A stretch of DNA of 64,000 bases. Source: Eubacteriales bacterium. Its GTDB lineage: Bacteria > Bacillota > Clostridia > Oscillospirales > CAG-272. Positions 18,678 to 27,769 of this stretch are shown piece by piece. How positions within the stretch are numbered: the stretch's first letter is position 1; every line of letters starts with the position of its first letter. The notes beneath the pieces are model-generated. The model had not been told where the DNA came from. It worked only from the letters and a program-made list of their open reading frames with translations, and did not search any database. The stretch covers positions 2,245 through 66,244 of the forward strand of contig JAZODF010000039.1 of assembly GCA_045596865.1 (NCBI GenBank), read 5' to 3'. Made by a program: the position numbers and the translations under genes.

Positions 18678-19685
18678 ATGAGCAAGCTATTTATTCCCGA
18701 GGGGTACCGCTCCTCGATGGACCTATACAGAACGCAGAAGGCGATATCCTTCATCAAGGGGCATTTTCAGGAGTGCCTTGCGTCCCGGATGGGACTTCGC
18801 CGTGTGTCGGCGCCCCTGTTCGTCACCGAGGAGTCCGGCCTTAACGATAACCTGAACGGCACCGAGCGTCCCGTAACCTTTGACATCCCCGACGTCGGCA
18901 GATCGGGGCAGGTCGTGCACTCGCTCGCGAAGTGGAAGCGCCTCGCCCTGAAGGAATACCATTTCTACGAGGGTAACGGCCTCTACACCGATATGAACGC
19001 GATAAGACGCGACGAGGAGCTCGACAACACGCACTCCATCTACGTTGACCAATGGGATTGGGAGCGGGTCATCACCCGCGCCGACCGCACGCTCGACTAC
19101 CTTCGCGCCGTGGCACAGGACGTTGTCGACGCGATTTGCGACACGTCGGACGCGCTTCGCGCCGCCTTCCCCGAGGTTACGGTCGCGCTGAGCAGAGATA
19201 TGTACGCGATAACGAGCGAGGAGCTCCTCAGAAGATACCCCACCCTCACCGCCAAGGAGCGGGAGGACGCCGTCACCCGCGAGCACGGCACCGTCCTCAT
19301 TATGCAGATCGGCGGCCGCCTCTCAAACGGGGAGGTGCACGACGGCCGCGCGCCCGACTACGACGACTGGGCGCTTAACGGCGACATCCTGTTCTGGGAC
19401 GAGGTGCTCGGCCGCTCGCTGGAAATCTCCTCTATGGGAATACGCGTTGACGAGGAATCGTTGATGCGCCAGCTCACCGAGCGGGGATGCACCGAGCGTG
19501 CCTCCCTGCCCTTCCATTCGATGCTCCTTCGCGGCGAATTGCCGCTGACCGTCGGGGGTGGTATCGGGCAGTCCCGCCTTTGCATGCTGATGATGGGATG
19601 CGCCCACATCGGCGAGGTGCAGTCCTCCATCTGGGACGATGCGACCCACGCGGGATGCCGCGCGGCGGGGATACGCCTGCTTTAA
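18678..19685 (+). CDS. asnA: Aspartate-ammonia ligase
   Basis: Start set to MSKLFIPEGY (AGGAGAG RBS). The AsnA-like block QVVHSLAKWKR is present. Confidence 0.9.
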   Translation: MSKLFIPEGYRSSMDLYRTQKAISFIKGHFQECLASRMGLRRVSAPLFVTEESGLNDNLNGTERPVTFDIPDVGRSGQVVHSLAKWKRLALKEYHFYEGNGLYTDMNAIRRDEELDNTHSIYVDQWDWERVITRADRTLDYLRAVAQDVVDAICDTSDALRAAFPEVTVALSRDMYAITSEELLRRYPTLTAKEREDAVTREHGTVLIMQIGGRLSNGEVHDGRAPDYDDWALNGDILFWDEVLGRSLEISSMGIRVDEESLMRQLTERGCTERASLPFHSMLLRGELPLTVGGGIGQSRLCMLMMGCAHIGEVQSSIWDDATHAGCRAAGIRLL

Positions 19686-19793
19686 AATTACAACAGCTTT
19701 CCCGACTTATATGCACATTCGATGTGAAAATGAATATTATTTTCGCCAAGAAATACACTTTTCATATATACTGACAAATTTTTGACAAATCTA

Positions 19794-19822
19794 TTGACAA
19801 ATGCACGCCGTTCGTGTATAAT
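19794..19822 (+). promoter_or_regulatory. Sigma-A type promoter preceded by TGACAAAT direct repeats
   Basis: TTGACA-N17-TATAAT. TGACAAAT occurs at 19772, 19783 and 19795. Confidence 0.5.
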
Positions 19823-19946
19823 GAAATGCCAAGCAGAAATCATACCTTATTATTAAATGGTTTATTTAATAGCGATCGTGTGTATAGCTTGCAGAAAATG
19901 AGCAAAAATAAAAATTAAAATAAAAAAATAACAAGGAGTACCCCAA

Positions 19947-20888
19947 ATGAAGAAGATTCTCTCCCTGGTCCTTCTCGTTGCTATGCTCGCGCTCGCACTC
20001 GTTGGCTGCGGCAACAAGGATAACGGACCCGACAACACCCCCTCCGAGAAGGAGTACACCCTCTCCATCGCAGTTGACAACGATGCGAAGGGCGCAAAAA
20101 TCACCAACACCGCAGTCGCTCTCGTAATCGATGCAGACGGCAAGATCGTTGCATGCCGCCTCGATTGCGCTGAGGTTTCCGTAAAGCTTGACGGCGAGGA
20201 AATCGCTACCGTTGACCGCGTTACCACCAAGGTTGAGCTTGGCGACGCTTACACCGGTATGCCCGCAGGCTCCTTCGAGCAGCAGGCTAAGGCATTCGAG
20301 CAGTACGTAATCGGCAAGACCGCCGCTGAGATCGAGGCACTTGACCTCGCACTCGTTACCGGCTGCACCATGGCATCCACCGGCCCCGTATTCAAGAGCA
20401 TTATCGCTAAGGCGTTCGCATACGAGCGCAAGGTCAGCTTCAAGACCACCGGCACCATCTCCCTCGGTCTTGCTATCGACTCCGCCCTCAAGGGCAGCGT
20501 TGCTGACGGTAACGTTACCGTTTCCGCCGACTTCGCCGCAGCCGCTCTCGTAGACGGCAAGGTCGTTGCAGGCATCATCGACTCCAACGAGCGCAAGGCC
20601 GCAGTTGCAGTTGAGACCGTTGACGACGCAGCTACCCTCACCGTTACCCCCGCTGATTACGCAGGCTCCAAGAACGAGCAGGGTGACGCATACGACGCAT
20701 ACCAGCCCATGCCCGCAGGCAGATGGTATCAGCAGGCTCAGGCATTCGCAAACACCGCAGTTGGCAAGACTGCCGCTGAGGTTGCCGAGCTCACCGTTGA
20801 TAAGGACGCCCTCACTCAGGTTGGCTGCTCCATCTACGCAGGTGGCTACAAGGCAGCGCTTGTAAGAGCGGTTGGCTACGCAAGATAA
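19947..20888 (+). CDS. Lipoprotein with two FMN_bind-like repeats (variant flavinylation motif)
   Basis: Lipobox LALVGC. Internal duplication, with each half ending in GKTAAE(I/V)..L...(T/V)GC(T/S) and resembling the RnfG GGATLSS region. Immediately upstream of apbE. Confidence 0.5.
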   Translation: MKKILSLVLLVAMLALALVGCGNKDNGPDNTPSEKEYTLSIAVDNDAKGAKITNTAVALVIDADGKIVACRLDCAEVSVKLDGEEIATVDRVTTKVELGDAYTGMPAGSFEQQAKAFEQYVIGKTAAEIEALDLALVTGCTMASTGPVFKSIIAKAFAYERKVSFKTTGTISLGLAIDSALKGSVADGNVTVSADFAAAALVDGKVVAGIIDSNERKAAVAVETVDDAATLTVTPADYAGSKNEQGDAYDAYQPMPAGRWYQQAQAFANTAVGKTAAEVAELTVDKDALTQVGCSIYAGGYKAALVRAVGYAR

Positions 20889-21035
20889 TCATTTCCCAAG
20901 CGAAACGGTTTTCGGGTAAATAAATACCAAAACGAAAAAGAGCCTTGCAAAGGGCTCTTTTTTGTAGTAAAATAGAGAAAACGGGTTGTGGTAAAATAGT
21001 GAAAACGCGCCCGATCGAACGAAGAAGGAGGAAGA

Positions 21036-22103
21036 ATGAAAAGGATAAGTGCGGTATTGCTCGTGATAACGATCGCCATGTCCCTGCTCGTGGGATGTAA
21101 CGACAAGGGCGGAGAGCAAAAATACGATACCAAAACGCGACAGGTGTCGCTCGTATATTTCAACACCGTGTCGATCATATCCTCCTACGGTGACACGACG
21201 GATGCCGAGATGGACGCATACGCCGCCGCGGCGGACGATCTGCTCGGATATTACCACCACCTGTTCGATATCTACTTTGAATACGCGGGGATAAGCAATC
21301 TTCGCACCGTGAACAAGAACGCGGGAAAGGCACCCGTCAAGGTCGACGCGGAGCTAATCGACTTCCTCGAGGAATGTAAAGAATTGTTTACGCTGACAAA
21401 TGGCAAGACCAACGTTATGATGGGGGCCGTGTTAAGAATTTGGCACAATTACCGCGAGGACGGTATGGATGATCCGAGTGCGGCAAAGGTGCCGAGCACC
21501 GAGGAATTGACCGCCGCGGCGGAGCATACGGACATCGACTCGCTCATCATTGACCGCGAGGCGGGCACGGTGTATATTTCCGACCCCGAGGCGTCGATCG
21601 ACGTCGGCGCGATCGGCAAGGGATATGCGACCGAGCGGCTTTACGAGCGGCTCTGCGAGATGGGCGCCGACTCGATGGCGCTGAATATTGGCGGCAACCT
21701 TCGCACCATTGGCGTGATGCCGAGCGGCGACAATTGGCGCACGGGGATTACCAACCCCGACCGCACGAACCCGAATTTCGCCGCGAGAATATCCTTCGGC
21801 GAGACCTCCTGCGTCACCTCGGGCGACTACGAGCGGTATTACGTCGCGGGGGGTGAGAAATATCACCATATCATCGACCCCGTGACCCTCTTCCCCGCCG
21901 ATTATTTCTCCTCCATCACGGTCATCACGCCGAATAGCGCGATGGCGGACGCGCTCTCGACCGCGCTGTTTTGCCTGCCACTTGAGGACGGGCAGAGCAT
22001 GCTTGCCTCCATCCGTGCCGCGGGTATCACCGTCGAGGCGCTGTGGATAGACGGGGAGGGTAAAATCACCGCAACCGACGGCATCGTGAGATTGCCGGAT
22101 TGA
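21036..22103 (+). CDS. apbE: FAD:protein FMN transferase, lipoprotein
   Basis: Lipobox LLVGC. AIGKGYA and HHIIDP motifs. Confidence 0.9.
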   Translation: MKRISAVLLVITIAMSLLVGCNDKGGEQKYDTKTRQVSLVYFNTVSIISSYGDTTDAEMDAYAAAADDLLGYYHHLFDIYFEYAGISNLRTVNKNAGKAPVKVDAELIDFLEECKELFTLTNGKTNVMMGAVLRIWHNYREDGMDDPSAAKVPSTEELTAAAEHTDIDSLIIDREAGTVYISDPEASIDVGAIGKGYATERLYERLCEMGADSMALNIGGNLRTIGVMPSGDNWRTGITNPDRTNPNFAARISFGETSCVTSGDYERYYVAGGEKYHHIIDPVTLFPADYFSSITVITPNSAMADALSTALFCLPLEDGQSMLASIRAAGITVEALWIDGEGKITATDGIVRLPD

Positions 22104-22261
22104 CGGCAATGCGACCACCCGTGTCGTGAGATTGCCGGATTGACGGCAATGCGACCGACCGCAACGCAACCCCGAACGCATCGTGAGATTGCCGGATTGA
22201 CGGCAACGCGTCCGACCGCAACGCAACCCCGACCGACCGCATCGTGAGATTGCCGGATTGA
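22084..22261 (+). repeat. Four tandem copies of the apbE 3' end with hairpin
   Basis: TCGTGAGATTGCCGGATTGACGGCAA(T/C)GCG starts at 22084, 22124, 22181 and 22242. Each full copy contains the hairpin ATTGCCG-GATTGA-CGGCAAT. Confidence 0.85.
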
Positions 22262-22346
22262 TTTCCGCGTGCTTAGGAAAGGCGGCTTTACCGGGATTGA
22301 CGGCTTTTCCCGTCGCAAAGCAACACAACCAACAACGCAATTCAAG

Positions 22347-22380
22347 GCCTTCCTTAGTAAAAAGGAGGGCTTTTTGTTTT
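22347..22380 (+). terminator. Rho-independent terminator
   Basis: GCCTTCCTT/AAGGAGGGC stem with 1 mismatch, then TTTTTGTTTT. Confidence 0.55.
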
Positions 22381-22687
22381 CCCACGCGGTGGGTACGACC
22401 CCGCAAAAAGCGAGTCCGGGAGGACAATTCGCGAGTGACAAGTCGGGGGAGGTGTGCGAAAACGGCGGTTTTTGTCTTCGAGCGATGGGCGCGGCGCGTC
22501 CCGCCCATCATCACCGCGGTGGACGGGTGAAAAATATTTTTCACGCGGTGAATTTTCCCCGTTTTGCACACCGGAAGGCACGCGGGCGGGTGGCAGGGCG
22601 GTGGAAGCTTTATGAAAATTCACCAAAAATATGACCGCCGTACCCCTTGTTTGTTATTAATTTAACAATGATTTTTCGCACGCGCAC

Positions 22688-22717
22688 TTGACACAAGCGG
22701 CGCGCATGGGATATAAT
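22688..22717 (+). promoter_or_regulatory. Sigma-A type promoter of the rnf operon
   Basis: TTGACA-N18-TATAAT, 85 nt upstream of rnfC. Confidence 0.5.
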
Positions 22718-22801
22718 AATAAAGATATTTTATATATTAACATACCCCCGCGTGCACGAGCGATACGCGGGACCCCACAAAACAACGGAAGGAAAAAGAA
22801 C

Positions 22802-24133
22802 ATGTTTGGGTTTAAATTTTTGGGTAACACGAAGGTTCCCCATCGCAAAAACACCGCAAGCCTGCCCGCCGTCCGTCTGACCCCGCCCGCGGAGGTGCTG
22901 ATCCCGATGACACAGCATCTCGGTGCGCCCGCGACCCCCATCGTCAAATTCGGTGACGAGGTCAAGGTCGGTCAGAGGATCGCCGAGGCAAGCGGCCCCG
23001 TTTCCGCACCCATTTACGCATCGGTTTCCGGCAAGGTTGCAAAGCCCGAGACCTACCTCACCCCGGGCGGTAAGCTCGTCAGCGCGATACGTATCGTCAG
23101 CGACGGACAGATGACCCCCGCCGAGGTTACCCCGCCCTCTGTCAACGATTTCGACAGCTTCATCGACGCGGTACGCGAGTCGGGCATCGTCGGTCTTGGC
23201 GGTGCGGGCTTCCCCACCGCGTTCAAGCTCTCCGCCGCTAAGAACGGCGGGATTGATACCGTCGTCATCAACGCCGCCGAGTGCGAGCCGTACATCACCT
23301 CCGACACGCGCCGCATGATCGATCACACCGAGGATATCGTCGCGGGCGTTGATCTGCTGTTTAAGCACATCCCCGGCCTCAAGAGCGTGATTTTCGGCAT
23401 CGAGTCGAATAAGAAGGAGGCAATCGCCGCGCTTAACGCCGCATTCGCGGAGAATCCCGCGGTGTCCGTCGCCGTCCTGCCGAGCAGGTACCCCCAGGGC
23501 GCGGAAAAGATCATAGTACACAACACCACCCGCCGCATCGTGCCCGAGGGCAAGCTGCCCGCCGACGTCGGCGTGATCGTAATGAACGTTTCCACCGTTG
23601 CCGAGATCGCGGCGTACGTCAGAACGGGTATGCCGCTCGTAGAGCGGACGGTGACCGTCGACGGATCGGCAATCAAGAATCCGATGAGCGTCATCGCCCC
23701 CATCGGCACCCCCATCCGCGCGCTGATCGATTTCGTCGGCGGTGCGGAGGATATTGGCAAGGTGCTTTACGGCGGTCCGATGATGGGCGTGGCCGTGCGC
23801 TCGCTTGACGAGCCCGTGCTCAAGACCACCAACGCCGTCACCGTGCTGACCCGCGCGGATTCCCTGAAGGGTGATTCGCTCGCCTGCATTCATTGCGGCA
23901 GATGCGTTGCCGCCTGCCCGATGGGGCTTAACCCCACCAGCTTCTCGAAGGCGCTTGAAATCGAGTCCAAGGAGGACAAGATCGCCCGCCTCGAGGACAA
24001 TAAAATAGGCCTTTGTATGGAGTGCGGATGCTGCTCCTTCGTCTGTCCCTCTCGCCGACCGCTCGTGCAGAACAACCGTCTGGCAAAGGGTGTGGTGAAG
24101 GAACACCGCGACCATCTCAAGGACAAGAAGTAA
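22802..24133 (+). CDS. rnfC: Rnf electron transport complex subunit C
   Basis: Start set to MFGFKFLG. GLGGAGFPT, plus two ferredoxin motifs CIHCGRCVAACP and CMECGCCSFVCP. Confidence 0.9.
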   Translation: MFGFKFLGNTKVPHRKNTASLPAVRLTPPAEVLIPMTQHLGAPATPIVKFGDEVKVGQRIAEASGPVSAPIYASVSGKVAKPETYLTPGGKLVSAIRIVSDGQMTPAEVTPPSVNDFDSFIDAVRESGIVGLGGAGFPTAFKLSAAKNGGIDTVVINAAECEPYITSDTRRMIDHTEDIVAGVDLLFKHIPGLKSVIFGIESNKKEAIAALNAAFAENPAVSVAVLPSRYPQGAEKIIVHNTTRRIVPEGKLPADVGVIVMNVSTVAEIAAYVRTGMPLVERTVTVDGSAIKNPMSVIAPIGTPIRALIDFVGGAEDIGKVLYGGPMMGVAVRSLDEPVLKTTNAVTVLTRADSLKGDSLACIHCGRCVAACPMGLNPTSFSKALEIESKEDKIARLEDNKIGLCMECGCCSFVCPSRRPLVQNNRLAKGVVKEHRDHLKDKK

Positions 24134-24142
24134 GGAGGGAAT

Positions 24143-25132
24143 ATGGAAAACAAATTAATAGTATCTACGTCCCCTCACCTTCATTCCGGGGCAAGCACGC
24201 AGAGGATCATGCTCGACGTGCTTATTGCGCTGTTGCCTGCTACTATCGCGGCGGTAGTGCTCTTCGGCTGGCCCGCCGCGGTGCTTATCGCGGTTTCGGT
24301 TACTACCGCGGTGCTGTCCGAGTTTATTTTCAACCTTATCATTAAGAAGCGTCAGACCGTCGGCGACCTCAGCGCGGCGGTGACCGGCCTTCTTCTCGCC
24401 CTGACCCTTCCCGCCTCTGCCGAGACTATCAAGAACGGCTGGTGGCAGGTTATGATCGGCGCTATCTTCGCCATCGTCGTCGTTAAGGGCCTCTTCGGCG
24501 GCCTTGGCTGTAACTTCGCCAACCCCGCCATCACCGCACGCATTATGATGCTCATTTCCTTCGGCGATACGGGAGCCTCGGTTGCGACCCGCTTCGGCAG
24601 CCTTATCGAGGGCACGAAGGCGGACGGCAGCCTCATCACCGGCGCGACCCCGCTTGCCGCGCTCGGCGCGGGCGTTTCGACCGATTCGCTTCCTTCCTTC
24701 GTTGATATGCTCCTCGGCAATCGCCCCGGTGCCATCGGCGAGACCTGTGCGGTTGCGCTTCTCATCGGCCTCGTTTACCTTCTCGTTCGCCGCGTTATCT
24801 CCTGGGAGACGCCCGCGGTCATCGTCGGCGTGACCTTCCTTCTCTCGCTCGCTCTCAGCGGCAGTGCGACCGTCGCACTCTATCACGTGCTGGGCGGCGG
24901 CCTGATCCTCGCGGCGATCTTTATGGCGACCGATTACGTCACCACCCCCATCAACAGGTGGGGCAAGGTCGTGTTCGCATTCGGCGTCGCGCTCATTACC
25001 GTTGTTATCCGCTTCTTCGGCTCGCTTCCCGAGGGAGTATCCTACGCTATCCTTCTTATGAACATTCTCTCACCCTATATTGAGAAGCTCTGCGCACGCA
25101 AGCCTCTCGGAGCAGGAGGTAAGGCAAAATGA
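24143..25132 (+). CDS. rnfD: Rnf complex subunit D
   Basis: 329 aa, polytopic. STSPHLH N-terminus and flavinylation-type TGATPLAAL. Confidence 0.9.
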   Translation: MENKLIVSTSPHLHSGASTQRIMLDVLIALLPATIAAVVLFGWPAAVLIAVSVTTAVLSEFIFNLIIKKRQTVGDLSAAVTGLLLALTLPASAETIKNGWWQVMIGAIFAIVVVKGLFGGLGCNFANPAITARIMMLISFGDTGASVATRFGSLIEGTKADGSLITGATPLAALGAGVSTDSLPSFVDMLLGNRPGAIGETCAVALLIGLVYLLVRRVISWETPAVIVGVTFLLSLALSGSATVALYHVLGGGLILAAIFMATDYVTTPINRWGKVVFAFGVALITVVIRFFGSLPEGVSYAILLMNILSPYIEKLCARKPLGAGGKAK

Positions 25133-26364
25133 TGAAAAAGCTCAAGCCCACCATCGTCCTTACCGCCATCTGCCTTATCGTGGCACTTCTTCTCTCGGTG
25201 GTAAATATGTTCACGTCCCCCGTCATCAAGGCAAGAGAGGACAAGAAGGCGTCCGAGTCGCTGCTCAAGGTTCTCCCTGACGGATCGGACTTCCGGCCGA
25301 TCACCCTTGACGCGAGCTATCCTGCCGCAGTCAAGGAAGGCTACTCCGCAAACGGCGGATTCGTATTCCGCGCGGTCGGCGGCGGCAGAAACGGCGACAT
25401 CGTCGTTATGGTCGGTATCAATTCCGACGGACAGATCGTCGGCACCGAGATCATCTCCGAGAGTGAGTCAAAGGGCTATAAGGAAAAGATCTTCTCGATC
25501 GTTACCGGCACCGACGGAAAGTACAAGGGACAGACCCTTGACACCTTCGCTCCCGTAATCGCGGGCGGCGCCACCCTTTCCTCTAACGGCTTTGCCGACG
25601 CCATCAAGGCGGCGCTTCAGGCCTTCACTATTGCAAACGGCGGATCGGTTGACACCCGTACTCCCGAACAAATCCTTCAGGACAACTGCAACCTCGCACT
25701 CGGCACAGAGGGCAAGACCTTCACCAAGTGGTTCGCCACCGAGGTCCTCGACGGCATTGACGCCGTATACGAAACCGAGGACGGCAGAGTATACAAGATC
25801 GGCGACAGGCTCGTCGGCTCAAAGAGCGGCGGAATAGTCAACGCCGTAGTTGACGGAGAGATCGTCGACACGACAGCCGAGGATGCAAAGGTCCTCGATG
25901 CAGAGTCGCTTATAGACGGTTCCACCCTCACCGAGATCGCAAAGCCCGACGGAGCATCCAAGTACGTCAGCAAGGTCTACGCCACCGAGAGCGGCAACCT
26001 CGTCTTCGACCTCGTTGCGGACGGTTACCAGTCGCTCTTTGAGTACGGCTCGGGTGAGAAGATCTATATCACCGTTTCCATCAGCGCCGACGGCAAGATC
26101 ATCGACGTCGTCACCACCAAGCACAGCGAGTCCAAGGGCTACGGCGATGCTTGTGCGACCGACGAGTACACCGGCGCATTCAAGGGCGCGTCCGACGCGG
26201 ACGTCAACCTCTCGGTCAGCGTTCCCGATTACACCCTCGACCAGATTCCCGCGGGCACCGAGGGAATCGGTATTATCGCAAGTGCAACCTACACCACCTA
26301 CGGCTATCAGCGCGCCATCAAGGCCGCCTTTGCCGCTTATGAAATTCTGAAAGGAGAGGAATAA
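25129..26364 (+). CDS. rnfG: Rnf complex subunit G with two FMN_bind domains
   Basis: 411 aa with an N-terminal TM. First domain has GGATLSSNG and the second has ASATYTTYG. About double the RnfG size I recall. Confidence 0.85.
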   Translation: MMKKLKPTIVLTAICLIVALLLSVVNMFTSPVIKAREDKKASESLLKVLPDGSDFRPITLDASYPAAVKEGYSANGGFVFRAVGGGRNGDIVVMVGINSDGQIVGTEIISESESKGYKEKIFSIVTGTDGKYKGQTLDTFAPVIAGGATLSSNGFADAIKAALQAFTIANGGSVDTRTPEQILQDNCNLALGTEGKTFTKWFATEVLDGIDAVYETEDGRVYKIGDRLVGSKSGGIVNAVVDGEIVDTTAEDAKVLDAESLIDGSTLTEIAKPDGASKYVSKVYATESGNLVFDLVADGYQSLFEYGSGEKIYITVSISADGKIIDVVTTKHSESKGYGDACATDEYTGAFKGASDADVNLSVSVPDYTLDQIPAGTEGIGIIASATYTTYGYQRAIKAAFAAYEILKGEE

Positions 26365-27161
26365 TGAAATCAAAGGCAAATAAGCTCGCTATTCTTCTCC
26401 GCGGAATTATTGCGGAGAACCCCGTATTCATCCTCGTTCTCGGCACCTGTCCTTCCATTGCGACCTCGACCTCGATGTTCTCCGCGCTCTCGATGGGTAT
26501 TGCGGCGACCATCGTCCTCGTCTGCTCGAACGTGGTAATCTCCCTGCTTCGCAAGATCATCCCCGACACGGTTCGTATCCCCTGCTACATCGTCGTTATC
26601 GCGACCTTCGTTACCGCAGTACAGATGCTGCTGCAGGCGTATCTCGAGCCGGTCTACAACCTGCTCGGTGCATGGCTCGCGCTGATCGTCGTTAACTGCA
26701 TCGTTCTCGGCCGTGCCGAGATGTTCGCAAGAAAGAACGGCCCGCTCGATTCCGCGCTCGACGGTCTTGGAATGGGTATCGGCTTCCTCGTCGCCCTGCT
26801 CTCCATGGCGGCCATCCGCGAGATCTTCGGTAACGGTACCGTCCTCTCCGGCCTTGAGGCAATGGGTGTTGAGGCGATCAAGATCCCCTTCATCTACGAG
26901 CACCGTATCTCCATTCTCACCGAGGCGGCAGGCGGCTTCCTCGTATACGGTATTATGATTGCCGTTATGAACAAGCTCACCGCAAAGAAGGGCGGCATCA
27001 AGCGCAAGGACTTCTCCTGCGACGGCTGTCCCTCCGCTCACCTTTGTAACAAGACCTCCTGCTCGGAGATCACCGAGCTGGCATCCGACGCGGCAGAGAC
27101 CGCCGAGATGACCCGTGAGGCAGAAAATGCAGAAAAGAAGGAGGTAGGCGAAAATGTCTGA
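26364..27161 (+). CDS. rnfE: Rnf complex subunit E with Cys-rich acidic C-terminal tail
   Basis: 265 aa. RnfE/NqrD-like polytopic core, then CDGCPSAHLCNKTSC and an acidic tail. Confidence 0.9.
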   Translation: MKSKANKLAILLRGIIAENPVFILVLGTCPSIATSTSMFSALSMGIAATIVLVCSNVVISLLRKIIPDTVRIPCYIVVIATFVTAVQMLLQAYLEPVYNLLGAWLALIVVNCIVLGRAEMFARKNGPLDSALDGLGMGIGFLVALLSMAAIREIFGNGTVLSGLEAMGVEAIKIPFIYEHRISILTEAAGGFLVYGIMIAVMNKLTAKKGGIKRKDFSCDGCPSAHLCNKTSCSEITELASDAAETAEMTREAENAEKKEVGENV

Positions 27162-27756
27162 GACCATGACGACCCTCCTCACCGTGCTTCTTGCGGGCAT
27201 CCTCACCGATAACTACGTCCTCGTGCGGACGATCGGTATCTGCCCCTTCCTCGGTGTATCCAAGAAATTCCAGCAGGCAGCAGGCATGGGTGTCGCGGTT
27301 ATCTTCGTTATGCTTTGCGCGACGGCGGTGACCTGGCCCATCTACACCTACCTGCTTGCCAAGAACAACCTCGTCTATCTTCAGACGATCGTGTTCATCC
27401 TCGTAATCGCCGCACTCGTTCAGTTCGTGGAGATTGTGCTCAAAAAGTTCCTTCCTCCCCTTTACAAGTCGCTTGGCGTTTATCTTCCGCTCATTACCAC
27501 TAACTGTGCCGTTCTCGGCATTGCGAACGAGAATATCACCAAGGGCTATGACTTCCTTACCTCGATGGCATCCTCGCTCGGCGTAGGTCTTGGCTTCCTT
27601 CTTGCGATGGTCCTGTTCGCAGGCGTGCGCTCGAGGATCGAGAACTGCCCCTCGCCCAAGTCCTTCCGCGGTATTCCCATTACGCTCGTTGCCGCCGCTA
27701 TCGTCGCGCTTGCCTTCAAGGGCTTCGACGGTGTGGTAAGCGGCCTGCTCGGTTAA
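27154..27756 (+). CDS. rnfA: Rnf complex subunit A
   Basis: 200 aa, polytopic, RnfA/NqrE-like. 8-nt overlap with rnfE. Confidence 0.9.
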   Translation: MSETMTTLLTVLLAGILTDNYVLVRTIGICPFLGVSKKFQQAAGMGVAVIFVMLCATAVTWPIYTYLLAKNNLVYLQTIVFILVIAALVQFVEIVLKKFLPPLYKSLGVYLPLITTNCAVLGIANENITKGYDFLTSMASSLGVGLGFLLAMVLFAGVRSRIENCPSPKSFRGIPITLVAAAIVALAFKGFDGVVSGLLG

Positions 27757-27769
27757 GGAGGTGCGATTT

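Noticed and set aside
22084-22261. Possible CRISPR array (32-nt repeat seen four times)
   Set aside because: The inter-repeat segments are only about 8-28 nt and are themselves repeated. The first repeat is the end of the apbE coding sequence, and there are no cas genes or leader. It is a tandem duplication, not CRISPR.
21432-22571. 379-aa minus-strand ORF
   Set aside because: It is antisense to apbE and continues through the reiterated 3'-end hairpin repeats, so it has no coding character.
22730-24115. 461-aa ORF on the minus strand
   Set aside because: It is antisense to rnfC, whose NADH/FMN and ferredoxin motifs are on the plus strand.
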